Sequence record: OR896824.1
Reading direction: 5' to 3' (one strand)
Source: Escherichia phage SmurfNell
Length of the DNA: 64,000 bases
Shown in pieces: positions 38,036 to 44,626 of this stretch; positions within the stretch are counted from its first letter, which is position 1, and every line of letters starts with the position of its first letter. The translations under genes and the position numbers were made by a program. Under the pieces are notes generated by a model. It was not told the DNA's origin, made no database searches, and worked only from the letters and a program-made list of their open reading frames with translations.

Positions 38036-38369
38036 GATGGATATCTACACTACACCAGCAGTAAACCTGATTGGCTCTTGCCTTGTGCATTTCCGCTTCT
38101 TCCAAACGGATGATAGCAAAGAGGAGTATACCTATCCTCTGATGGATTTTCAGATTGAGGACTTCTTCCGTGAAGTGCGTAATATCTCTGAGAACTTCTA
38201 TTATGGCATGGATAAGGAAGACTTTGACATTAAGTTCCCTATAATCTCTCGTTATTTCCTAGAGCAGTCCGATGCTCGGTTTGAGAAGATTGAACACATG
38301 GAAGTAGCCTGGGCTATCCAGTTCGAAATTACTGGCTTTGCTCGATACATTCAAGGTTACGAACTATGA
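38022..38369 (+). CDS. hypothetical protein (115 aa)
   Basis: ORF overlapping the upstream gene. Confidence 0.5.
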   Translation: MSEAKMDIYTTPAVNLIGSCLVHFRFFQTDDSKEEYTYPLMDFQIEDFFREVRNISENFYYGMDKEDFDIKFPIISRYFLEQSDARFEKIEHMEVAWAIQFEITGFARYIQGYEL

Positions 38370-38461
38370 AATTAAAAGATTATTATATTGGTTGGTTTGT
38401 AGGACTAATAGTAGGATTTTCACTGGGCTACAACTTGTATCAACTGATAAACTGATTACAT

Positions 38462-38538
38462 GGGGGTGTAATCGAATTGGCATAGGTACTGGACTTAAAA
38501 TTCAGGTTTTGTGGGTTCGAATCCCACCACCCCTACCA
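38462..38538 (+). tRNA. tRNA with TAA anticodon (Leu-type) but short variable loop
   Basis: Acceptor GGGGGTG/CACCCCT, anticodon stem-loop CTGGA-CTTAAAA-TTCAG, T-arm GTGGG-TTCGAAT-CCCAC, A73, CCA; D-arm pairing weak. Confidence 0.5.
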
Positions 38539-38554
38539 AATTAAGGAAATAAAA

Positions 38555-38677
38555 ATGAAAGCTATTAAGAAAGCACTACGTAAATTTATGTACTGTCGTT
38601 TTCATAGCATCAAGTCTTCGACTAATGGTACGACTTATGATCGCTATGATCCTAAGTTTGGCTTACATTCTAAATAA
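38555..38677 (+). CDS. hypothetical small protein (40 aa)
   Basis: Short ORF with AAGGAAAT RBS right after tRNA 38462-38538. Confidence 0.3.
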   Translation: MKAIKKALRKFMYCRFHSIKSSTNGTTYDRYDPKFGLHSK

Positions 38678-38690
38678 CTGGAGAAAACAA

Positions 38691-38897
38691 ATGGCTAATC
38701 CTGAAATTACAGCACAACGCTTTATGCTGAAAGGAATTATTGCTGAAGCAGGCATGACAGAAGAAGTTGCAGATTTTCAAAAGCAATTCCTCAATATTCT
38801 CACTCAAGCCAAAGAGCTAGGAGAGAAAGAACATGACGCAGCTGTTATGGCAATCACGTTGGTTGGGCTTGATCTGGCAGAAGAATCAGGAGTTTAA
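38691..38897 (+). CDS. hypothetical protein (68 aa)
   Basis: ATG 38691 with GGAG RBS; the ORF-track start 38625 gives an unlikely hydrophobic extension. Confidence 0.45.
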   Translation: MANPEITAQRFMLKGIIAEAGMTEEVADFQKQFLNILTQAKELGEKEHDAAVMAITLVGLDLAEESGV

Positions 38898-38926
38898 CTC
38901 CTCCAAGCAGAAATTTTAAAAATGTA

Positions 38927-38956
38927 CTTGCTTTTTACTTAAGATTTCTGCTATAA
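38927..38956 (+). promoter_or_regulatory. T5-type sigma70 promoter
   Basis: TTGCTT-18-TGCTATAATAG plus TTATATAAATTGATGAAGGAG leader. Confidence 0.6.
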
Positions 38957-38987
38957 TAGTTATATAAATTGATGAAGGAGTTAACGA

Positions 38988-39263
38988 ATGTCAAAACGTG
39001 TTACTGCAACTGGTGTTGAAAGTGCTGTTTGTAAATCCTGGGGTGGCTGGGAAGGTGAGATTGAATGGCTTTATTTCTACGACGTAGAACTTCTGCCGGA
39101 AGTCAAAGCTAAATGTGTGGAAGCCGGTATGGCTCCTGATGCAAAGGCTGATATCGAAATCACCATGCCTAAGCTAGAAGGTCGTGTAATTACGCTCAAT
39201 GATGATTATGAAGAAGTGTTCGAGCTTCCCTTCAAACTGAGTGTCACTCCTAGCTTCGAGTAA
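38988..39263 (+). CDS. hypothetical protein (91 aa)
   Basis: Downstream of promoter 38927-38956; GAAGGAG RBS. Confidence 0.55.
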   Translation: MSKRVTATGVESAVCKSWGGWEGEIEWLYFYDVELLPEVKAKCVEAGMAPDAKADIEITMPKLEGRVITLNDDYEEVFELPFKLSVTPSFE

Positions 39264-39299
39264 CTGATATAGCACTGAGCAAGTTCTTTAAAATTTGAC

Positions 39300-39328
39300 T
39301 TGCTCAGTCCTTCAAATCTTGATATAAT
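39300..39328 (+). promoter_or_regulatory. T5-type sigma70 promoter upstream of the tRNA-Tyr block
   Basis: TTGACTTGCTC ... GATATAATAG; -35 either TTGACT or TTGCTC at 17-nt spacing. Confidence 0.55.
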
Positions 39329-39391
39329 AGTTATCTAATTTGGAAACATATTTAAAAGTGTTTAAACTAGTATTTGAATATTTCTAAATAT

Positions 39392-39482
39392 GTTGGATTA
39401 GTATCGTAGAGGTAGCGAAGCAGACTGTAAATCTGCCGACTCGGAAGGGTCTCGGGTGGTTCGACTCCATCATCCAACACCA
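39392..39482 (+). tRNA. tRNA-Tyr (anticodon GTA), type II
   Basis: Anticodon arm GCAGACTGTAAATCTGC identical to E. coli tRNA-Tyr as recalled; perfect acceptor GTTGGAT/ATCCAAC; long variable arm; CCA. Confidence 0.8.
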
Positions 39483-39489
39483 AATTTAA

Positions 39490-39566
39490 GTCCTGTTAGA
39501 CAAACTGGTAAAGTCACTACCCTTTCAAGGTAGGATTTGCGGGTTCGATCCCCGCACAGGACGCCA
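39490..39566 (+). tRNA. tRNA-Glu (anticodon TTC)
   Basis: Acceptor GTCCTGT/ACAGGAC, anticodon stem-loop CTACC-CTTTCAA-GGTAG, T-arm GCGGG-TTCGATC-CCCGC, CCA. Confidence 0.75.
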
Positions 39567-39573
39567 ATTTCTG

Positions 39574-39651
39574 CATTCCTAGAGTGTTACTGGACAGCAT
39601 GTCGGTCTCCAAAACCGTACGGTCTAGGTTCGAGTCCTAGTAGGTTTGCCA
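39574..39651 (+). tRNA. candidate tRNA-Trp (anticodon CCA); acceptor stem imperfect
   Basis: T-arm CTAGG-TTCGAGT-CCTAG and anticodon hairpin CGGT-CTCCAAA-ACCG are clear, but 5'/3' acceptor pairing has two U-U mismatches. Confidence 0.3.
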
Positions 39652-39657
39652 ATATTT

Positions 39658-39732
39658 GCGACTTTAGCTGAGATGGATTAGCGTCTCCCTGAAAAGGAGA
39701 AGAGGTACGATCGTTACGTACAGGTTGCACCA
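39658..39732 (+). tRNA. tRNA-Phe (anticodon GAA)
   Basis: Acceptor GCGACTT/AGGTTGC, anticodon stem-loop TCTCC-CTGAAAA-GGAGA, CCA; unusual T-loop ATCGTTA. Confidence 0.65.
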
Positions 39733-39749
39733 ATTTGAAGGAGATGCTG

Positions 39750-40022
39750 ATGCATCCTGAAAACTTCTTTATTTACTGTGCGGATAAGTCATTAAAACGC
39801 AGAATTAACAAAGTCTACCATTATCGTGCTAGTCAACAGCCTTATGTTTATGCTTTTGATGGAGAAACCATTCCACTAAAGCAGTTGGCATGTGATTACA
39901 TGGTCTTGAAGAACTTTGATGAGACAAAGATCTCAAGCGTTCATAATCGACAGAATCCATTAACGTGGAAGTATAAGAAGAAAAAGAAAGGCATCAAATT
40001 TCTGAAAAATGTAGTTGCTTAA
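39750..40022 (+). CDS. hypothetical protein (about 90 aa)
   Basis: ORF after tRNA-Phe; AAGGAG RBS. Confidence 0.45.
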   Translation: MHPENFFIYCADKSLKRRINKVYHYRASQQPYVYAFDGETIPLKQLACDYMVLKNFDETKISSVHNRQNPLTWKYKKKKKGIKFLKNVVA

Positions 40023-40043
40023 ATCCTTAAAGTTCTGTATAAT
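40015..40043 (+). promoter_or_regulatory. T5-type sigma70 promoter
   Basis: TTGCTT-17-TGTATAATTA plus TTACATAAATTGAACTGGAG leader. Confidence 0.6.
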
Positions 40044-40072
40044 TATTACATAAATTGAACTGGAGAAGCAAC

Positions 40073-40297
40073 ATGACAGAACAAGAATTAAAAGAACGTA
40101 AGCTGGTAATGCTTCGCTTACTAAACATTTTCTCTGGTATGGATGGTGGTATTGACTTCGTTCAACTACGCACTTTTGTAGAAGAAGCTGAAGGCGAATC
40201 TATTACTAAAATCCTTAAACATATGGGTTTATTACTAGACGCTGCTAATGTAGCTACTGAATATAAATTAGAAGATCTACCGGAGCGTGTTTCATGA
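40073..40297 (+). CDS. hypothetical protein (74 aa)
   Basis: Downstream of promoter 40015-40043; CTGGAGAAG RBS. Confidence 0.5.
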   Translation: MTEQELKERKLVMLRLLNIFSGMDGGIDFVQLRTFVEEAEGESITKILKHMGLLLDAANVATEYKLEDLPERVS

Positions 40298-40485
40298 AAA
40301 TGTTAGTTAAATTTAAGTGTTGTGGTTCTGAACATATTTTCACTCGTTATAGAGAGTTTAAGATGTGTGAGTGTGGTAAGTCAGGCTATGATGCTGGAGA
40401 TGGCTATTATGCTAGATCTATAGGACATTCTAAAGATCTAGAGTTTACTAATCTCGAAAAGCAAGATAAATCGACCGTTGGCTGA
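40294..40485 (+). CDS. small Cys-rich protein (63 aa)
   Basis: CCGSEH...CECGKSG zinc-ribbon-like; overlaps previous stop; 3' end overlaps tRNA-Cys by 14 nt. Confidence 0.45.
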   Translation: MKMLVKFKCCGSEHIFTRYREFKMCECGKSGYDAGDGYYARSIGHSKDLEFTNLEKQDKSTVG

Positions 40486-40547
40486 ATGGCTTAGGCGGAG
40501 GCCTGCAAAACCTCCTTATGTGAGTTCGAATCTCATGCGGTCGTCCA
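40472..40547 (+). tRNA. tRNA-Cys (anticodon GCA)
   Basis: Acceptor CGACCGT/GCGGTCG, anticodon loop CTGCAAA, U73 discriminator as in bacterial tRNA-Cys, CCA. Confidence 0.65.
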
Positions 40548-40554
40548 AATTTTA

Positions 40555-40637
40555 GGGTCGTTAGCCAAGCGGTTTGGCGGTGGACTGTTAATCCATGTCG
40601 AAAGACAACGTAGGTTCGAATCCTACACGGCCCGCCA
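40555..40637 (+). tRNA. tRNA with GTT anticodon (Asn-type) carrying a 13-nt variable arm
   Basis: Acceptor GGGTCGT/ACGGCCC, D-arm GCCA-AGCGGTT-TGGC, anticodon stem-loop GTGGA-CTGTTAA-TCCAT, variable arm GTCGAAAGACAAC, T-arm GTAGG-TTCGAAT-CCTAC, CCA. Confidence 0.6.
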
Positions 40638-40739
40638 TATTCTGTGTAGAGTTAAGTAAACCGGTAGCCAACCAGCTATCATTACTGATATTGAATTCAG
40701 TCACAGATACCATTTTCATTAATAACTGAGGAAATAGAT

Positions 40740-40925
40740 ATGACAACTCGTGCAATTGCTCGACTAGAAGCTGATCGTGATAGTCTGATTAATAATATTA
40801 AGGTTTGGGATCAAGAAATTGAAAACCAAAAACTGACATTAATTCAAGATATGCAGCAACAGAATGCCCGTCGTGAAGCTCTAAAAGAGGTTGAGGAAGC
40901 TATCGAAAAACTCAAAACTGAGTAA
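40740..40925 (+). CDS. hypothetical coiled-coil protein (61 aa)
   Basis: ORF with GAGGAAA RBS between tRNA genes. Confidence 0.45.
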   Translation: MTTRAIARLEADRDSLINNIKVWDQEIENQKLTLIQDMQQQNARREALKEVEEAIEKLKTE

Positions 40926-40933
40926 ATAAATTA

Positions 40934-41010
40934 TGCGATCGGGGCTGGCTTGGTAATGGTACTCCCCTGTCACGGGAGAAAATGTGGGTTCGAATCCCAT
41001 CGGTCGCGCC
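40934..41010 (+). tRNA. tRNA-Asp (anticodon GTC)
   Basis: Acceptor GCGATCG/CGGTCGC, anticodon stem-loop CTCCC-CTGTCAC-GGGAG, T-loop TTCGAAT, G73, CCA. Confidence 0.7.
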
Positions 41011-41087
41011 AATTTTTGCAGGACGCTGGTATAGATAACCACCGCGTGGGAAGTGTCTATATTTAGAGCACTGCAAAACATAATAAT

Positions 41088-41163
41088 ACATCCATAGCTC
41101 AATGGTTAGAGCTACCGCCTCTTAAGCGGAGGGTTCTAGGTTCAAGTCCTAGTGGGTGTACCA
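41088..41163 (+). tRNA. tRNA-Lys (anticodon CTT)
   Basis: Acceptor ACATCCA/TGGGTGT, D-arm GCTC-AATGGTTA-GAGC, anticodon loop CTCTTAA, T-arm CTAGG-TTCAAGT-CCTAG, CCA. Confidence 0.65.
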
Positions 41164-41169
41164 AACATC

Positions 41170-41370
41170 AGAGTAGCGTGATGTACTGCAAAGACCCAAA
41201 GTCCGGGGTGGACTTCTTGATTCAAAGGAGCAGGCATTAATTATCATTCTAGCGTGGTGGAGAGGGGACACCAGCTTGCCGAGGGTAGAAGCTCGTTCGA
41301 TTCGAGTGAAAGAATGGTTCTCGTAAATCCGCACAAGTGATAGCAGGTTCAAGTCCTGCCTAGATTGACT
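41170..41370 (+). other. unresolved tRNA-like / structured RNA region between tRNA-Lys(CTT) and tRNA-Gly(GCC)
   Basis: Contains two T-arm-like hairpins (CTCG-TTCGATT-CGAG; GCAGG-TTCAAGT-CCTGC) and a TGGTG...CACCA hairpin, but no cloverleaf could be folded by hand. Confidence 0.3.
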
Positions 41371-41376
41371 TATTAT

Positions 41377-41450
41377 GCGTTCGTAGTTAAAAGGTATAAT
41401 TTTTGGTTGCCAACCAGAAGTTGAGGGTTCGATTCCCTCCGACCGCACCA
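41377..41450 (+). tRNA. tRNA-Gly (anticodon GCC)
   Basis: Acceptor GCGTTCG/CGACCGC (one U-C mismatch), anticodon stem-loop TTTGG-TTGCCAA-CCAGA, T-arm GAGGG-TTCGATT-CCCTC, CCA. Confidence 0.65.
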
Positions 41451-41698
41451 AATTTAGGTTTCTGCTTCCTAGAGAACTGACGCCTAGATAAACAAGGCGA
41501 TGAGTTTCCGGCCGGTTCTAGTCGCTGAAAATCCTCCCGACCAGGTAGGTGTAAGTAAACGAAAGTTTACTTATTAAGTAAGTCCGACACATCGGCGGGT
41601 GTGTTCTAGTACTTAAAGAAGGTCTCGCAAACTTTCTCGCTAGCATGAGTTGATAGCTCGGTGACTTACCTAATAAGTAAATTTATTAAAAAATGTAG

Positions 41699-41727
41699 TT
41701 GCTATTTAGCTTAATTCTCTGTATAAT
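41699..41727 (+). promoter_or_regulatory. T5-type sigma70 promoter upstream of the tRNA-Pro block
   Basis: TTGCTA-17-TGTATAATAT. Confidence 0.65.
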
Positions 41728-41759
41728 ATATTTTATAAAGTGAGTTAACAAAGAATATT

Positions 41760-41837
41760 CTCCGTGTAGCTCAGTTTGGCCAGAGCGTTTCGTTTGGGGC
41801 GATAGGGTCGGGGGTTCAAATCCTCCCACGGAGACCA
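41760..41837 (+). tRNA. tRNA-Pro (anticodon TGG)
   Basis: Acceptor CTCCGTG/CACGGAG, D-arm GCTC...GAGC, anticodon loop TTTGGGG, T-loop TTCAAAT, CCA; begins about 33 nt downstream of promoter -10. Confidence 0.6.
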
Positions 41838-41843
41838 AACAAT

Positions 41844-41921
41844 TGCGGGTTAGATCTCTGGTAGAGATCGCTAGTCTCATAAGCTAGAAAGAGGTAGGTT
41901 CGATTCCTGCACCCGCTTCCA
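41844..41921 (+). tRNA. tRNA with CAT anticodon (Met or Ile2), U1-U72 mismatch
   Basis: Palindromic D-stem GATC/GATC, anticodon stem-loop CTAGT-CTCATAA-GCTAG, T-loop TTCGATT, CCA; terminal acceptor pair unpaired. Confidence 0.55.
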
Positions 41922-41942
41922 ATTTAATAGAAGGATTTCTAA

Positions 41943-42107
41943 ATGAAATTGTTTCGTTTAAAAGTAAGTGATATACGTTCTAGTAAAGATCGTAAGAAGT
42001 ATCCACTAGCTCACTACGGTAAAGATGAAAACGAAGTGATGGCGGAATTTGGTATTAATCATCCTTACTTGAAAATATACTCTATCAAAGAAGTATACAT
42101 GTATTAA
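41943..42107 (+). CDS. hypothetical small protein (54 aa)
   Basis: Short ORF between two tRNAs, below track cutoff. Confidence 0.3.
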   Translation: MKLFRLKVSDIRSSKDRKKYPLAHYGKDENEVMAEFGINHPYLKIYSIKEVYMY

Positions 42108-42109
42108 AT

Positions 42110-42188
42110 AGATCGCTAGCTCAATTGGTTTAGCAGCACCCGGCTTTTAACCGGAAGGTTCTGGGTTCGAGTCCCAGGCGGTCTACCA
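42110..42188 (+). tRNA. tRNA-Lys (anticodon TTT)
   Basis: Acceptor AGATCGC/GCGGTCT, anticodon hairpin CCGG-CTTTTAA-CCGG, T-arm CTGGG-TTCGAGT-CCCAG, CCA. Confidence 0.65.
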
Positions 42189-42205
42189 ATTTAAAGGAAT
42201 TTGTT

Positions 42206-42523
42206 ATGAATATTAACAAAGTTCTAGAAACAATATCAGAAATGTCTGGTAGAGCTGGAAAACGCTTTACTGAACTATGTATTAAAAATCAAAAAATACC
42301 AGAACATCAATGTCATTATTGTCGAGACTGTGAACAATACCATGAAATGTGTGTGGTTGAAGATTGGATCTGGGATCAGATAAGAAAAGAACAATCCAAA
42401 GATATTGTTCTATGTTTTACTTGTATGGAACGACGTTTAGGACGTAAAATTACTCTTAAAGATCTTAAACATGTTCCCTGTAACGCTCCTTACTTCATTG
42501 GTTTTAGAATGGAGAGATTTTGA
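42206..42523 (+). CDS. Cys-rich putative zinc-binding protein (105 aa)
   Basis: CHYCRDCEQYHEMC...CFTCMERR; AAGGAA RBS. Confidence 0.5.
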   Translation: MNINKVLETISEMSGRAGKRFTELCIKNQKIPEHQCHYCRDCEQYHEMCVVEDWIWDQIRKEQSKDIVLCFTCMERRLGRKITLKDLKHVPCNAPYFIGFRMERF

Positions 42524-42666
42524 TGATAATCTGGTTTTACTTAATGAAACAAAAAGTCAAGCAGTACAACGTATTTTCTGCTGATTTTACTATTGGAATG
42601 TTCTTAGCAGGATTATGTGAGTTTCTGTTTGAAGCATTCTTAATCGGAAGTCTTTTGCTCGGTTAG
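42523..42666 (+). CDS. small hydrophobic protein (47 aa)
   Basis: ATGA overlap with upstream gene; predicted single TM; 3' end overlaps tRNA-Val. Confidence 0.3.
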   Translation: MIIWFYLMKQKVKQYNVFSADFTIGMFLAGLCEFLFEAFLIGSLLLG

Positions 42667-42730
42667 TTTAATGGGAGAACCCCGTCTTTACACGGCGGTT
42701 GCGATAGTTCGATTCTATCACCGAGTACCA
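42657..42730 (+). tRNA. tRNA-Val (anticodon TAC)
   Basis: Acceptor GCTCGGT/ACCGAGT, D-stem GTTT/GAAC, anticodon stem-loop CCGTC-TTTACAC-GGCGG, T-arm GATAG-TTCGATT-CTATC, CCA. Confidence 0.7.
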
Positions 42731-42749
42731 ATTAACTCAAAATAAGGAA

Positions 42750-43109
42750 TTGCAAATGCAATTATCAAGCAAGGTTCAAGGCTACTTCGGTCATGTAACA
42801 ATGGAGTTCGCTATCTCTAAAGGTTGGGACTTCGAACAAGATTTAGCTGAGTTCTACAAAGATATTGATCTGAACGTACCGTACATGGGACTCTCTACTG
42901 GTCAGGAAATCACAGAAGCCGATGTATTCAAGGCAAGTCAAGGTGAGATAACACCTAGTTTTGCCGAGTTCTGGTTAGGAATTACTCTGAAAGATGATGC
43001 ACCGGATGGTGGTGTGGTTATGCAGAGTATGCACTCTGGAAGCTCTGATTACCTTTTCGTTAGCGACGTTAAGGAAATACAAGAAATCTGCAAAAATGTA
43101 CTTGCTTGA
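42750..43109 (+). CDS. hypothetical protein (119 aa)
   Basis: ORF with AAGGAA RBS after tRNA-Val. Confidence 0.55.
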   Translation: MQMQLSSKVQGYFGHVTMEFAISKGWDFEQDLAEFYKDIDLNVPYMGLSTGQEITEADVFKASQGEITPSFAEFWLGITLKDDAPDGGVVMQSMHSGSSDYLFVSDVKEIQEICKNVLA

Positions 43110-43131
43110 TACTTAATTTCTTGTTATAATA
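43103..43131 (+). promoter_or_regulatory. T5-type sigma70 promoter upstream of an ORF-free region and the tRNA-Ala pair
   Basis: TTGCTT-17-TGTTATAATAT plus TTATATAAATTGATGAGGAG leader. Confidence 0.65.
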
Positions 43132-43392
43132 TTTATATAAATTGATGAGGAGAAATCCTCATCAAAGTTCACTAAGGTATTAGCTCGACCTAGGACTGGC
43201 TGCCAAAAAGCACGGTTGCAATTAGACCCCTAATGGCGGGGGATACTTTGCAAGAAGTTCTAGATTAGTCCACTAGATTCAGCGGCAACTGAATAGTGTA
43301 TCGGGTTTGTGAAGAGCGGTTATCCTCTACTGGCTAATGTCTGAGGGTAATACGCACGCCGAGCTAATAGCCTTAGTAAACTTAAAGATTTT

Positions 43393-43466
43393 GGGGATAT
43401 AGTTTAATGGTAGAACATCTGCTTTGCACGCAGAAGACGAGGGTTCAACTCCCCCTTTCTCCACCA
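43393..43466 (+). tRNA. tRNA-Ala (anticodon TGC)
   Basis: Anticodon arm TCTGC-TTTGCAC-GCAGA as in E. coli tRNA-Ala; G3-U70 identity pair; CCA. Confidence 0.7.
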
Positions 43467-43472
43467 AAATTT

Positions 43473-43548
43473 GGGGTCATAGGTTATTTGGTTAAACTTA
43501 CTGCCTTGCAAGCAGTGGAACTCAGTTCAATTCTGAGTGACTCCACCA
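43473..43548 (+). tRNA. tRNA-Ala (anticodon TGC), second copy
   Basis: Acceptor GGGGTCA/TGACTCC with G3-U70, D-stem GGTT/AACT, anticodon stem-loop ACTGC-CTTGCAA-GCAGT, T-arm CTCAG-TTCAATT-CTGAG, CCA. Confidence 0.65.
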
Positions 43549-43561
43549 AATTAGAGGAAGC

Positions 43562-44023
43562 ATGGCTAGAACAGATATATTGGAAAGAAAGGATGAAATT
43601 CTTCTCTGGATAGAAGAAAATCAACCCAAAGCTGAAATTGCTAGAAGATTACGCTGCAAAGTTGATACACTGAATACTTATCTGAAAAAGATGGGAATAC
43701 AATATTCAGGTAACTCTGCTAGAAAAGGTTTTATACGTTCTGAGATACAGGATGGGTATATTCCGGCAGTGAATTACTTTTACAAAAATAGCCCAATATC
43801 TTCTAGTCAGCTTAGAATAAAGATACTACGTGATGGCTTAAAACCTCACAAATGTGAAAATTGTAATTTATCTGAATGGATGGGAGTTCCAATCCCCTTA
43901 GAGTTAGAGCATAAAGATGGTGATCATTATAATAATGAGTGGGATAATTTAGCTTTATTATGTCCCAACTGTCATACACTAACAGATACACATTCAGGTA
44001 AGAATAAAGGAACATACGCGTGA
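43562..44023 (+). CDS. HNH homing endonuclease (inside tRNA cluster)
   Basis: HNH core LELEHKDGDHYNNEWDNLALLCPNCH; flanked by tRNA genes on both sides. Confidence 0.7.
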   Translation: MARTDILERKDEILLWIEENQPKAEIARRLRCKVDTLNTYLKKMGIQYSGNSARKGFIRSEIQDGYIPAVNYFYKNSPISSSQLRIKILRDGLKPHKCENCNLSEWMGVPIPLELEHKDGDHYNNEWDNLALLCPNCHTLTDTHSGKNKGTYA

Positions 44024-44094
44024 TTGATGGAATTGGCATACATACCGTCCTTAGAAGTCGGGTTTTGAGGGTTCGAATCCCTTGTCACGCACCA
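44018..44094 (+). tRNA. tRNA with TAG anticodon (Leu-type) but short variable loop
   Basis: Acceptor GCGTGAT/GTCACGC, anticodon stem-loop CCGTC-CTTAGAA-GTCGG (one U-U), T-arm GAGGG-TTCGAAT-CCCTT, CCA; overlaps the HNH stop codon. Confidence 0.45.
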
Positions 44095-44111
44095 ATTTTG
44101 TAGTAAACAAC

Positions 44112-44203
44112 GGAAGAGCAAATCGATAGGTGACGAAAACCGCTTGGAAAGTGGCTGACTTGTGAAAGCAGGCTTGAGAGTTCGAATCTCTCTTCTTCCG
44201 CCA
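44112..44203 (+). tRNA. tRNA-Ser (anticodon GGA), type II
   Basis: Acceptor GGAAGAG/TTCTTCC, anticodon hairpin CCGC-TTGGAAA-GTGG, long variable arm, T-arm GAGAG-TTCGAAT-CTCTC, G73, CCA. Confidence 0.6.
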
Positions 44204-44209
44204 AACAAT

Positions 44210-44299
44210 AGAAGATAGGACGTAGTGGTACGTAACCGGTCTTGAAAACCGGCCCGCTGTAGTGATACGGTGATGGTTCGACTCCATTATCTTCTGCCA
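44210..44299 (+). tRNA. tRNA-Ser (anticodon TGA), type II
   Basis: Perfect acceptor AGAAGAT/ATCTTCT, anticodon stem-loop CCGGT-CTTGAAA-ACCGG, long variable arm, G73, CCA. Confidence 0.75.
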
Positions 44300-44450
44300 A
44301 ATCTTGAAGTATGCCGGAATCGGTAGACGGGGCTTCCTAAAGGGCGTAAGAGGAACATCCACTCCTCATAAGATACCCGAAAACGAGGCTGAGATAAATG
44401 GTCTATCTCGTGAAGGTTCAAGTCCTTCTGCTTCTTGATATTCAATGGCT
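44300..44450 (+). other. unresolved tRNA-like element (canonical T-arm GAAGG-TTCAAGT-CCTTC, no assignable acceptor stem)
   Basis: Perfect T-arm plus upstream 6-bp hairpin GAGATA-AATGGTC-TATCTC; about 130 nt between flanking tRNAs with no ORF. Confidence 0.3.
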
Positions 44451-44519
44451 CAAAGAGTAACGGTGCACCTTTCTAGAGAATTTTCTGGGCGAGAATCCAG
44501 AAGTAATCAACTAGTTGTT

Positions 44520-44626
44520 AGTGTGATGAGTTTCGGAGAGCCGCCACAATTGAAGTCTTTAGAATGGGTATCGCCCTTTAGCCCCTCCGAAAGGGATAAC
44601 TAGAGATTTCAATTGTGGCTATATCA
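44520..44626 (+). repeat. long-range inverted repeat (GCCACAATTGAA ... TTCAATTGTGGC) enclosing a hairpin and overlapping the 5' end of tRNA-His
   Basis: 12-bp perfect inverted repeat with arms around 44548-44559 and 44609-44620; internal hairpin CCCTTT...AAAGGG. Confidence 0.45.

Noticed and set aside
38338-38544. 68-aa ORF overlapping tRNA 38462-38538
   Set aside because: Its 3' half is the tRNA itself; at most a 29-aa hydrophobic peptide (38366-38455) could be real, and that is too short to call.
41149-41880. Minus-strand ORFs 41149-41451 and 41686-41880
   Set aside because: They run antisense through tRNA genes and a promoter; translations are low-complexity and lack RBS.
43407-44362. 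ORFs 43407-43613 (+) and 43812-44362 (-) overlapping tRNA genes or the HNH gene
   Set aside because: Plus-strand ORF is read through the two tRNA-Ala genes; minus-strand ORFs are antisense to the HNH gene and Ser/Leu-type tRNAs.
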